Source of the DNA: Phoronis australis
Taxonomy: Eukaryota > Animalia > Phoronida
Length of the DNA stretch: 64,000 bases
Reading direction: 5' to 3'
Assembly (NCBI GenBank): GCA_002633005.1
Contig: NMRA01000687.1
Location: 124,001-188,000 of the forward strand
A model generated the notes under the pieces. That model did no database searches, had not been told where the DNA came from, and saw nothing but the letters and a program-made list of their open reading frames with translations. Position numbers and translations under genes: made by a program. Below are positions 25,804-38,700 of this stretch, piece by piece (position 1 is the first letter of the stretch; each line of letters opens with the position of its first letter).

Positions 25804-26381
25804 CTGGAAATAAAAGTGTCGTGTAACACGGATCCGTACCGGAATAAATTTACATCAGATCTGCGCGCGCATCTCATGTAATCTTGCAGTAAAGTTAGCA
25901 GAATAGGCATTATGCAACCACAATAAACAAAAAAACGAATCAACTCTCTTTTAAAGTTTACAAAGTTGGCTTGACTTATCTGAACAATAATGCTTCGATA
26001 AATTGTAACTTAAACAAAAGAGGAAACCTGTTTTGATTTCGTCACAATGAGAGAGAAATGTTCGTTACAGAGATTAGGTAAACAATAGAAGATACAGCAT
26101 ATAATTGTCAGCGCAGAGATCTTTCCAGCCTTAACTTTAGGTCACGCGATGTGGCCAACAGATGGCGTGCATGAAGATTAATAATTCTTGCTTATATTAA
26201 CAGGAGACACTCTTTCTGGTTCATTTTTCCTAAAACAATATCTTAAAACGAAATTCAGAGCAAACCAATTTCGTCAGAGAAAGAGCACCTATAACACGTA
26301 AATGCAACTGTCCTCACTCGTGGTGCAAAAACTTACGGGTGTTGTCTGATAAGTGTTTGAAACCGTGTCCAGCAAACGTAC

Positions 26382-26492
26382 CAGTGGAAGTGCCGTTGTT
26401 GGAATTAACGTGAGCCTGAGCGGGCGCAGAGCCGGGAGATGGGCGGGAATAGTTGGTCAGAGAGAGGGGTTCGTAACTCCGCGCCGAGTAAT
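26382..26492 (-). CDS. Pax6: Pax6 PST exon (DYSARSYEPLSLTNYSRP...NNGTST-G)
   Basis: Acceptor ctgcag, donor GTACGT, phase 1-1. Gives the conserved TSTG|LISPG junction. Confidence 0.92.
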
Positions 26493-26708
26493 CTGCAGTA
26501 GCAATAAATGAGGTCAAAGAACAATAGAAAGACCGTGTACAATACTTATAGACACAGGGCGCGATTCTTAGGTTCCCCTGTTCTAATTTTTCAAGGTGAA
26601 AATCTTCAAGTTTTCAACACGCTGCCGTTGCCTGACAGTAAACGTAACAGGCGTCGGTAAATACCTACTAGGGTTCGAATTTCTTGCTCATATGACACAT
26701 CGAAATTG

Positions 26709-26940
26709 TTAAAGCTATATTTGCCTTGTTTAGATGGCTAAGTAAGGAAAATCAAATTAAACTTTTTACTCTCATAAAATCTGTTTCATTGTATACTTTA
26801 CAGTGATGTGATTCCACCAACAAGAACATTAAAACCATCAGTGACTCAAGAAAACGCTTCAAATTCATTGAGGTTGTTCCACCCTAAAATTAGGAATTCG
26901 AAAATGGCGCATGTACACATTGCCTGTGATTTGAGTTGCC
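26709..26940. mobile_element. Family A MITE copy in a Pax6 intron
   Basis: Starts TTAAAGCTATATTTGCCTTGTTTAG; interior aligns with 11960-12085. Confidence 0.7.
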
Positions 26941-27074
26941 GGCCCATTCGGCAATAATTCAAGATCGGATGAGCATTTGTAACGTTTTTAACTCCAAAAT
27001 CCTTCGGTTAAGAATTCAACATTGACAGCTTAACAGCGGCGAAAACCCACTTTAATAGTAGCTTGGAAACTTAC

Positions 27075-27160
27075 CTGGAATCATGCAGGAACTCGCGGAC
27101 TGTAGACAGGCTGGATTTGAGGGTATATTACTTGGCATTGAGTAATTCAGCTGAGGAATG
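27075..27160 (-). CDS. Pax6: Pax6 PST exon (SIPQLNYSMPSNIPSNPACLQSASSCMIP)
   Basis: Acceptor ccttttcag, donor GTAAGT. Phase 2-1 fits both neighbours. P/S-rich with the SCM motif seen in Pax6 tails. Confidence 0.92.
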
Positions 27161-27478
27161 CTGAAAAGGACAAGACACACTGGGTCAGAGTATAGCTAGT
27201 GTGATCACGTGCTGCGCTTGTAATGCGTGGCGACATGTCGCGAAGACTTTCGAGATCTCGCAAGAAACTTGCTCTAAGGAGCCAAGACCAGCCAGGGATA
27301 AAACCGTTTCGAGAAGTAAATCCCCTATCACTTGCTTACTCCACGACGTTTCTGCTCAAAAGAAACGTCCCATAAACGAGAGTAATTTTGTAAATTATAC
27401 AGACGATCTTACTACGGAAGTACAATTTCCAATAACGGACCATTACGACAGGGTTGTATTAGCAAAATCAACCTTTAC

Positions 27479-27639
27479 CTGTAAGAGTCTGGCATGCTGA
27501 CCATGGGCTGATGGATAGACGGGTACATGTTATAGGTGCTATTGATTTGTAGTCGACTCGGATTAGAACCGGGATCTCGCCTCTGATTACGTAGCTTTTC
27601 CTCTCGCCTCCACTTTGCACGGCGATTGGAGAACCATAC
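27479..27639 (-). CDS. Pax6: Pax6 exon: homeodomain helix 3 and PST start ([21 protein letters not shown]...MPDSY)
   Basis: S50 paired-class homeodomain. Acceptor ttacag, donor GTAAAG; ends in phase 2. Confidence 0.98.
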
Positions 27640-27803
27640 CTGTAATAAAGATGCAAAAATGAGATCACGGTTTGCACAGACAAAAGTGTAGAAATAGTGC
27701 ATAGCAAGAATCCATATGTTTGCATAATTTAATTTTATATGGGGTGTCTTAGTAGTGCGATTTCTTATCAAGAAGAAATTTTATTTTAATGCGGTCGGTG
27801 TCA

Positions 27804-27989
<186 letters not shown>

Positions 27990-28028
27990 CTACTACAAAA
28001 CAATGGCAAGTTTTCGACTGGTAATTAC

Positions 28029-28175
28029 CTTTCTCTAGCGCCTCCACTTGAGCATTTGTAAAGGAAGTTCTATTTCTCTGCAGTTTTCTTTTCAGGCGTA
28101 GTCTCATGTCCTCCCCTTCGTTAGAATTGTTTCCCTCGCTGTCATTGCTGGTGTCGTGTGCGCCGTTTGGACTCT
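28029..28175 (-). CDS. Pax6: Pax6 exon: linker and homeodomain start (ESPNG...MRLRLKRKLQRNRTSFTNAQVEALEK)
   Basis: Acceptor ttacag, donor GTAATT, phase 1-1. LKRKLQRNRTSF is Pax6-typical. Confidence 0.97.
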
Positions 28176-28779
28176 CTGTAAGAGGCAACAATGACGTCGG
28201 TGCGAGAAATCTACTTACTTCACAACAGTGGTATAAAGTTTCAACGTTTCAATGCTTGCCACAAACATCATAGCACAAGGTACGGTATGTATGTATCGTC
28301 ATAATACTCCTTGTGACCACGTTGCCATGTAATCAATTCTCAAGACAAAATGTTTTTTCTAGCTACTGTCATCCGTTTTTCTAATATGTATCGCTCGTCC
28401 GTGGCTCCATGCCCGTCAGAACAGTCAGCTATATTGGATTAAAATCCGGCTTGTTAATTTAAACATCGCGGAAACAAATTTGAGCTGCTCGTAATTAATT
28501 CCCTGACAAGTAACACGCACAATTGGATATTGCAAGACGACACGGCCGTACCCTTGATCAAATTGCGCGTGCTACGCCCGCCGTAGCCGAGGGCAAGGAA
28601 GACGAAAATTGATAGTGTCTTCGAATGAGTTCAAGATGCATACTGTGGACAAACATTATTTAAGAAAGTCACTCGAGTTAAGATTAATCTTAAATAAATT
28701 TCCCTTCAGTAGCTAGAGAGCAGTTAAACGGTGCCTAAAGTGACAAAAATCATAATATACCTTACGTGCTAGCTGGCTA

Positions 28780-29410
28780 TTGAAGTTGCGTTTGGCCTTG
28801 TTTAGCTAGCTTAAAAACGAAAATCGAATTAGTTCTTTTCTCTCATAAGATCGGTCTCACTAAATACTCCTTTTAACATATCAAATTTAAGGCATGATTC
28901 TGAAACAGGGAACTCGCACTGTATAAATCAGTCATTCTCGTTTTCTGAATCAGTCATTTTCTGACTTACGGATTTTCCTGAAACCATATTGTCTCACCGT
29001 AACTGAACATATATATTTATATATATTTAGGAATTATGTCTGGTATTCTCAATTTCCTGGAAATTAATAAGTGCGAAATACAGATGGCACACTTACTTAT
29101 TTAAACCAGCATTTCGCTCCGGTTAAGAACAAAAATCGAACCAGGTTGTCATAAAATCTGTCTCACGGTATCCCTCACCGTGATAGGGTTTCATTTCTGT
29201 TTCTAACTCAAGTCACCGGCAATGCTTACGCAATTTTCAAATTCTCAAAAAATGTTGAAGCGTTATCTTGAGTACCTGATGACTTTGATATTTTTGTTGG
29301 TATCGAAAATAGAATTCTGCCATGGTAAGGAATATTATGAGACCGCTTCTAGAGAGCAAAAGGCCAAATTCAATTTTCGTTGTTAACCAGCTGTACAGGA
29401 GGAAATGCAC
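28780..29410. mobile_element. Family A MITE fragments in a Pax6 intron (left TIR about 28780-28860; body and right TIR about 29148-29410)
   Basis: Contains gccttgtttagctagcttaaaaacgaaaatcgaattag and catggtaaggaatattatgagacc, shared with the other copies. Confidence 0.65.
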
Positions 29411-32400
29411 CACTCAGAAGTCACACTGAGGTCGCATTGTTGTTAAAAAATAATTTGTAAAAGGTCAATACAAATTCTACATCACATCATAACCATTATT
29501 CAACAACTGATCTGACACAAAGAAACTTGAAAACAATTAACGAGTTGTGAAGTTTTGTGGTTTGAAGGGTTCAGACCTAAGCCCATCATAACGCGGCGTG
29601 CGTCTTAAAAAGCATCGATATGAAGTGGTTCTTGCACTAGAGGAGTTTGCCGGCAGGGGTCTTTAGAAATCCACCTAATTAACCATCGCCCACCCTCTTA
29701 TGAAATCCTTCACAGATGCTGAAACAGCCAGTATTCGCCACTTTGTGACAGATGTAGTGAAGAACACAAGGCCCATATTGCGGGTATGACTTGTATTTTT
29801 ATTCGGGAGATGAATCGTAAGGGGTGAATGCGAATGAATGATCACAGGAGCTCTTTAGCAAACCACCAAAGAGTTCGAGACGCCTGATTGATGTCGAAGC
29901 ATCAAAAATCAGCAAATCTTGAGAGTCCTACTGCATCGGTACTTGGCTAAAGATTGGTTCTATCTCCATCTAACCCATTCTGTATTCTTATTTATAATTA
30001 ATTGAGCCATTTTGTATGCTCTCTTTCACCATTGTAACGTGGCTAACGTGGTATAAATTTAAACTAAAGGCATGAATAAATATATGGGCGTGGTGTTCCA
30101 AAAGTGTCCTTTCAACAAAAGAATTGTATATTTTGTATAAGCCCAAATAAAACATGACTCCAAACTTCGAAAATGTTCCTATATAGTGTGGCCTGGCCAA
30201 CAAGAACATTTTGATGCCCTCTAAGTGGCCACTTATAGTTATAAGTGTAAAGTGACAGCAGTTATTCCTTTTGACAAATTTCCTAAAACCATCAAACGTA
30301 AAACTGAAGCATCTTCAGTCAGTCTGGGGCGAGTTCGGTAGAGTGTAAGGCATTACCTTGCACTTGTGGCGAAAAAATCTTAATTTTATAAAACGAAGCT
30401 AATATAGTCCTACAATACAATCACACCGACCAATCAATTGAGTGGCTGCCATTTTGCTAGGATAGGCTACTAAGCTTTCGCCCATTCTCGCGAAATACTC
30501 GCCTCTTACTCTCATGACTTTGCGAGGTCTTTCTTTTCTCACACTGAAGAAACTTGGCCTCCTGTCCCAACCTCGCACATAAAGCCACAGCAAAAACTGA
30601 ATGTAGTAGGTGTATTTATGAACTTTGATTTTGTTTAATGAATTTATTTCACACACGGCATATTGTAGATGTTATTTCGACAAACTGACCTTTGTATTCA
30701 CGAACAGGCCGAATTTCAACACCTTCAGTGTACGCACGGAATTTTAATCTTTTAAAAGCTTTTGAGAGCCACTCTTTAATGCACGTCGAGTGTCCGCATT
30801 GCCTGTCCAATTTCTACATTTAATTATAGTCCATAATTTTACAAAATTAAACTGATCCCTGAAGAGATTAGATATCTAACTTGCCAGACAATTATACTCC
30901 AACACACGGGATACGCTAACATCGCGCCATCTCAGTTCAAAAACACCCCGAAGCTAGGCTGAAATGTGACAACAACGTACTCATATTATCATAATAACTA
31001 TTTGACTCATAACGTTTAACGATGCCATTATCAAATTTTTGTCGGCCAATTTGAGACCCAATCAAGCACCATTTACTACGATGAATAGATTTGCCACCAA
31101 AAATAAACGACGCGATTGTGTCTCGGAAGATTCGCTACCGCTACGTTTGGCGATGTTATCTGTGACGTGTCAGCTCCAAATGGCTGCCCACTTCAGTGTA
31201 AAACTAACTACCAGGCTCGGTCGAAAGCCTTGTTCAATGAAAGGTGACGCTGGCTCTAATACTAGAGGGGATGGTAATTAGGAAATACCTCTTGCGTTTG
31301 ATTAGTTGAATGAGCTATTGATAGGTGACTTTCGTGTACACAATAATAAGAAAATTATAATTGACTTGCCGCCGTGTTGCACTCGGCGAACTATGACAGT
31401 GTTTGTTGTAAGTTATTTATCATTAAATAACTCGATATTGGTATCCTTTCTTGGCGGTTAGTTATGATAACAACATTACATAACCACCTTTATTAAAGAC
31501 ACAACCTTGATGATGTGTTCCATCCTTCTACAGAATAGCACAGAGACATGTTAGGGTTAGAGGGCATTTCGCTAGCGCCATTGAGGATGTATTTAAACAA
31601 GCCGGATTAGGCGACCGGTGAAAGGAAAGGTAGACTAGCAGACGACTCAGGTACAAAGCGCGTGCACTCGTTGAGCCCTGAAAAGTCATCCGTTCGAATA
31701 ACAACACATTGAATTCCATATCACTTGACCGACTGATTGAGTATCCCCAAGAGCCAGTGCCATACACATGAAACGCTCTTAAACGTTGTCAACACCTGGG
31801 AATGAGGCTCAAAAGAGAGCCATCTTGATTTTGAAAACGGTAAAACCACGAATCAGTCATCTATGAATCCTACCCAGCCATGAGCCAAGACTGGCAATCC
31901 TCCACGCAACCACATTTCACAGAAAATTCGCTTCCAGCATCACTTGTTCAAATCTTGAATCGTACTCCTCATGAAAAGCAAAACAATAGACTACCAGATC
32001 AAGGTAAAAGCTCAATGGATAATATTCACAACACTACTCGAAACTGAGTACACTTTCTTCAGAAATTTATTGCGACATCTTGCGCATGGTTAAGCGTGTT
32101 TTCTTCTATTACGCAAAAACAACCAATACCCGTGCGAATCTCTTACGTTACCTCTCTTTCAGCATATAACAGGTTTGTGGTTATTTCAATTAGCGGTATT
32201 TCTCTTTGATGTGAACGAGTACGACTCCTCCTTAAAGATTACGACACAAACACCCGGAGATAAACACTTGGTCGCGTTTTTAATGACGATTTCATAGGAT
32301 GAGCAAATTGAATATTAACTGGCCAGTAATTGACTCGTCATTTTCAAATTACGACAAGCAATTTACAAGTCGACAAGCACTGATTGTTATGTGTATTCGA

Positions 32401-32811
32401 GCTGCGCACTGTAGGAATAAGTTCTTAAGCTGTGTAAAAACCGGGGAGAGGAAATGCGTGGAGATATTTCGACCGAGGAAATGACATTTGCGACTGTAAA
32501 ACAGCCTAACAGCGTCCAAACGACTCGTATTGTCGTGTTTCTTGAGAACAGAACAAAAGTCCACATTCTTACAATGAACGTAGTGTTAACCAGAAGGGCA
32601 TTATTGCCTTCTTAAGGTTACCAGAGACTCAGGTTAATGTTTAATGCTACTGTACCTATATGCCCTTGCCTTATCCTACCGTTGCTTTTATGATTGAAAC
32701 ATGAACGAATCCAACACATTGTTCGACCAAAAAGATACTTCACCACACTGTCTTAAAGAGTTCACCAGGTGGTGCTTCAGTGACACCTTCCGCGGGTGAT
32801 AAATGTACTAT

Positions 32812-33138
32812 TTAAAGCTACATTTCGCCATGTTTAACTGAATTCAAAATGATAATGGAATAAGGCCTTTGACTCTGATAAAACCAGGATCATAATATTC
32901 CTTACCATGTTAGGAATATGTTTAGGTTATTCACATGAAGAGGTGAAATGCGTACACGAGCCCTTTTCGAGCATCATCAAAGTTAGGGCTAAGTCACCTG
33001 GCACTTTCGTAGTTCTTTTTGTAACGGAAATAGGATCCTATCACGGTAAAGAATATTGTCAGATCGATTAAATGAGAGTAAAAGGCTTGATTCGATTTTC
33101 ATTTTGGCTTGCTGGACAAGGCGAAATACTGCTTCGAA
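32812..33138. mobile_element. Family A MITE copy in a Pax6 intron
   Basis: Starts TTAAAGCTACATTTCGCC; inverted arms cataatattccttaccatgttagga and tcctatcacggtaaagaatattg. Confidence 0.7.
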
Positions 33139-35500
33139 TAAGACACCATTTTAATGTACCATAAAATGAATTTTGTGTTGTGACGTAGATGGTCTTTCCC
33201 AACGTCGTGAAACTCGTCTAAAGCGTTACTCACGGCTGGCGATTTGGCACACTTTTTAAGGAATTTTCAAACTTTGTGGCTTTAAATCATTGAGGACAGA
33301 CAATAGTAACAGGGTATCATTTCATCTTAAACATTTGAAAGAACAAGTCGTACCTAATATCTGTTAATAGGGCGAATCCGGGTTTAGTATCCTTTTAAAG
33401 TATGCTTGACGTGTCCGTAAATATTTGATAAGTAATGTTAAGATTCTAGTCAATATCCTGGAAAAATCGTAAACAACTGCTTGCTGATGCCGAATATACA
33501 CAAACCGTTAACGAATGAACACTATCTTCATACGGGAGAACCTATACTGATTGTTCTCATACTATGAGGGATGGAAGGGTATAGAAACGATATGGTATGC
33601 TGTTGAATAGACCTACGTACTCAGTTAACACACCAGTTGGCAATTCTAAAGCAGCTTTTAGAATCACAAAGACACCGACTTTGAAAGCTTCACAAAAAAA
33701 CGTCTTTTTACATAACTGCGTAAGACTGCTGTAAAACAACATTTCTTTGTGTAATCAAATCAAACGAGTCATTCATTGTCAGTAATTAAATGTTCACTTT
33801 TTGTTCGCTCTCAATTCGTTATCTCCTGTGATTGACAGTCTTGGCTAACGCTCTATATGAAATGAAACGAAAAGCGAGTTTGCTTCGAGTCATGTTTGAC
33901 CTGTTTTCCACAAAAGTTTCATCTCACCAGTTTCAATGGTGAATAAAAAGGTGTTGGGGTGAAAAAGGCGCCTATTCTTGTTTTAAAGGTATAAACATGT
34001 GTACAAATTTGTCCCTAAAGCTTTCAAAAAGGCTACATCAGTTTTTGACAGACTCAAATGATCGATAACATGGGTTTATGTCGGTGCGTGCTGTTACGTG
34101 GAGTACATCCCAGGTTCTTTTGTTGACTTGCCTCATTGAGAGGAAACTGCATTTACTCGACTAACCTAGATATTGAAAATCTATACGCCACCATGCAAGA
34201 TGAACCATCGGAAGGCTAAAAAACAGCTTCTATCCAGTATTATGCGGTCATGAACAATGAGATAAAAACGGTTTCGACAAACTGAATTCAAAATTCCAAA
34301 ACCTATGAACATGTCAGTCAGGTTTTATTCAAAAGGTGATAAAAATGAGTTCGTCAGAGCGAGTAAACTCCACTGCATTCCTAGTCCTTTAATCCAAATT
34401 GCTTTCAAATGTTCAAATTTCCGACGTGTTGATAGCCACTCTATTTTATGAACAAAGACTTGAAAAAAGAACATTCACTAGTATTGTGAATACCAGCATA
34501 AGTCTGTTTTGCACTGCAATTACTAGATGTACCCTCGACATGTTATTATTCATCAGTATTTAGCTACAACTGAACTAGATAAACCCTCAGATTTAAAATA
34601 ATAAGGCAAACATGCTCATTCCTGCGAGATCTATCTGGGTCCTAGTCGAGATGAACATAGAGGCTAACAGGATGTGACGCATTGAACGTGGCATCATGCA
34701 AGAAAGTTAAGTGTTTCTTCTCCAAACTGCGTCAAGTTTGACTTGTCAACTTGTTCCATACAATGGTCAATTTTCCGGGTGACTAATAAATTTTATTTAG
34801 GCCTATGCTTCACTATCAGCTGGAATTTGAAAGCAGCGAGAGGTCATTAAGTGCTTACAATCCCTGGAGTTTCCACGTCACCATGTGCACTTACATCGAT
34901 ATAACTAAGAACTGGTCCCAACAAAAACAAGTATCCACATACTATGTTGATTTATGATAATTCTTCAACTATTTATCACACAACATGGCTGACATTTCTT
35001 CCCAAAAATAAGATCAAGAAACTAAGTCTATTGCTGGCTTGGTTTGTACTGAATAGATGTAATAAAAAAGTTTGTTAAGTTTCCATTATTTGTTGGAAAG
35101 TAGTCATCTTTTAAAAAAATGGAAAAGGGACAATTGAGACAAAACATTAATAAAACAGGCAAGCAATAACAAGGTTATTGAGAGTCAACTCTACAATGTT
35201 GTTTTAAAACACAGCAAAACGACGCTGACACATAATCATTAATGAAAAGTAGCGCTTAGTTTGATAGTCTTTTTGGTGTAATTCTAAATGCACGTTTTCG
35301 ATATTTGTCACAATTTCCTGACTTCCTACATTACCAGTACGTGGAAAATGGCACGTGCCAAACTATATTCAGTAATCGTAGACGGAGGAACATGACTGTA
35401 CATGTAAGTAAACGGTGCACTGGACCGTTGTTTGCAACAAAACTTAAGTGGATCAGATAAGGACATTGGCCAAACCAAATAACCTTAGATAACATCTTAC

Positions 35501-35717
35501 CTTTTTTAATGTCTGCTGTGAGGGCTGTTTGGTGTGCAGAAAAATGCGATGATCCGCTGAGTGGATTCATGGCCGCATTGGGTGCATACCACGGGTTTCT
35601 TGGGGGCCAGCCCTGGGGGTTCAAAAGTCCTAATTTGTCATACATAGCTCCTCCTCCAATTATCTGTTTCTGGTTTTCACTGGCAAGATTACGAAGCACG
35701 CGATTTATTGACGATAC
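35501..35717 (-). CDS. Pax6: Pax6 exon: end of paired domain and linker (VSSINRVLRNLASE...MYDKLGLLN...PWY...DIKK)
   Basis: Acceptor tttcag, donor GTAAGA; 72 codons + 1 nt. Contains the conserved Pax6 linker motif. Confidence 0.98.
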
Positions 35718-38700
35718 CTGAAATACAGCATACTTTATTGAAATGTGCTGCAGATATGTTGTCAAGTAATTCAACTTCAACTCATGAAAGGTATGCTTCA
35801 TATTTTCTGGGTATGTTTCATGGAAAGAAGGTGCTGTGCAGTTAGAGTATAACAGCGCCCAAGTTGCACTCCCTAGAAATTACACGTAAATTCGGTCAGG
35901 TTTGGCGGCAGTTTGGAATCATACATTGCATTTAAACCAAAAAAGACCTTTAGGTTGGCTGTAGATTCCCTTTTCTTCAATACCGTCTCCCTATAGTGTT
36001 ATTGCATAGCAGTGCAACGACTGAGGAATCTGATGCAATTTCAGGTACCCCTCAAACAATTGCAAAGATGACAGCTGAGCTTTTTGGACCACATTTGTGG
36101 AAATTGTAATGAATTTACTTTCAGAATCTGGTGTTGGCTGGTGGCAAGGAAGTTGTGGTTTTGGGCTGAAAATTGTCAATTTTGTATTTTTACTTTTGGG
36201 TTCTTTTTCGGTGGTTGGGAAGGGGCAAAGATTGAGACAGAATGTACTTTCTGTCGGCATTTGTAGCGCTTTTGAGGTGCAATGCCTTATTATTTTTCAT
36301 TTTGTTCACAGACTTTTCGACCGAGTGGAAGACTGGAAAAGCGGCAAGGCTAGTGAAGTGTACTCCGCGAGGCAAAACTCAGTGAGATCTGTAACAGCGC
36401 CTCCTTACGACTAAGTCAGAAATTTTGACATAGGCTCCCACTTCAGACAGTTATACTTAACTTTTGACCTAATTGCCATTGCGACACAGTTCTGCAATAA
36501 TTTTAGAGAATATCTAAGGAACAAAAATTTGAATACATTTCGGAGACCTTATATCTTTTCTCAGGTGCAAATATCTTTTTCGGAAATAATTGTGCGGAGC
36601 GTAGGACAAAATTTCTGGCCTCCTTTCATGAAACGGAACCCAGGTGAGATTACAAAGGACTGTAGAGAGCGGTCTGAAATATACAAATCCGCAATCTACG
36701 AATACAAAGAAAGTAAGTTTTAACTTGAACTGATATTATAGGCGAGAAAAAATTCTGAGAATAGTCCCAGTAATAAAATCGGAAAAACAACGGGTTATAT
36801 TGCTCTGGTTAAAAGTAACAACATCAAAAGTCTATCAACTCCAACAATGATCACAAAACGCGTTTTCGGCCGCAAAACAATCAAATAAATTTACACGAAA
36901 ATCGGAATGCGACAGGCTAAGTTCAACAGCAGAAAAGTTGCCACGTTGTCCTCGGAAACTATCATTTAGTTGGAACAATTTCAGTCTATTTTGTTTGTAC
37001 ACCCACTGTCAAAACAAACATATATTCTATAAATTTTCAAGAAATAAAATTCCACTCTTCACGTTTATTATGAAAATCAATTTCAAGTGTACAGAATTTT
37101 TGGAATATTGGTTGCCTAAGCAATTTAATTTCTACCGACAGGTGACATTAGAATTGGGCAAACAGTTAACTCGTTTCGCACGACATTATCGATTATTTTG
37201 TGGATTACACGCAAATAATTTGAAAATCTGTGACCAAAAGATGGGATTCTTACACGTATAGTAAGTGCCTTGCGTTAGAATTTTTATAATTATTGACAAT
37301 TCGTTCGTTGAGACATTCGTTTCATTTAATTCAAGGGAAAGTCTATTATATTAGTGTAAAATTGCATCATGCCTTACAGACCAATGGAGGGAATCAATTT
37401 ATTTTAAAATATTCTCTAGTCGGCTTCCCTTGGAAAAAATATGTATTTGTCACATGATCACTGACTTTTTAAATTCATTTTTTCGTTGTTTGCTGTGTGA
37501 CCGATCACGCACCGACAGTTGTTATATCGCAACGCTATACGCCCAGGTATTGTCTATTTGTCTACCTTCGATTAAAACTAACATCAAAGTGTGAAGAGGA
37601 GAAATAACTGAATAGGCCTTCTTTTCAAACTTTGTATCAAAAGGGTTGGTGGCTTTTCTCAGCTCCTAGCTAAATGATAGCGATTCTTTGCTCCGTACCG
37701 AATGACCAAACGTACACAGAATATGTGGCCTGGTTTTCTATACAAGTAAAAACAGCACGACAAAGGCTGAATAACGCGTATCCATTTCATGTGTTGATTG
37801 ACGTGTGAGTTAACAAACAGTCCATGTAAAGTGCCTTATTCCCAAAGAGAACTATAAACAATTATGTAGTTTTCAAATCTTTTTCTGTTGAACTGAATAG
37901 AAATGAAAACGGAGATTCTATCTCCGAATGCAGAGTGGTTATGCGCACGCATAATGCGCCGAACACTTCAAAGGCATGTTGTTGACTTTACCGGAGAAAC
38001 TCGGTCAGCCTGAAAAACTTCTTTTGTTTACCGTTGGAGCTAACAATACTCCGTAGACGGCAGAGTACTTGTAAACTGTTTTTTCATCGTAATGAAAACG
38101 ATCGATATGCCAAACTAAAGACGCCTCTTCCAAAATCTGCAAAGAACGTATGTGCAACTCGAGCTGGACAGACATAAAAATTTCCTGCAACGGCCCAATG
38201 CAGCTAAAATTTACAAAAACTCCACTCTTTGAGAATGCACTCGTATCTTGAATAATAATTCTTCCAGCTTTGCAGAACTGTATACATACATCACCCCCAA
38301 AAACAAATAAAATTTCGATGAGTTTCGACGCAAAAGTGAAGCCACGTAAAAAACGTTAAAACAGGTAACTGCACAAACCACATTTCGATACCTGTCGATT
38401 ATAAATAGGTTCATCAAAAATTAATGCGCGCTCGGTTCAATCAGTTCACGTCCGTCTACATTCATATGTGGAAAAATTAAACTCGGTCAGTCAGAAGTAA
38501 TAGGCAAACAAAACGAGTGAAGGGAGCGCTGTGTTTATATTGGTCTCAGGTAAATGCTGTGCCCAAGCCACAGTACGGGACATAAAACTTTCCGTACCAT
38601 ACACTGGCCTCGTATCTGAGAAGGAAAATTAACCGAATTTCCACGCGAGAGCACCCTCACTATGGAGTGGTACCTGTAAGAGTCGATAATCAAATAATAT

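Noticed and set aside
29276-29310. CTGATGA...GAAA hammerhead-like core
   Set aside because: Extra bases separate the core from stem II, stems I and III are missing, and it lies inside a family A MITE.
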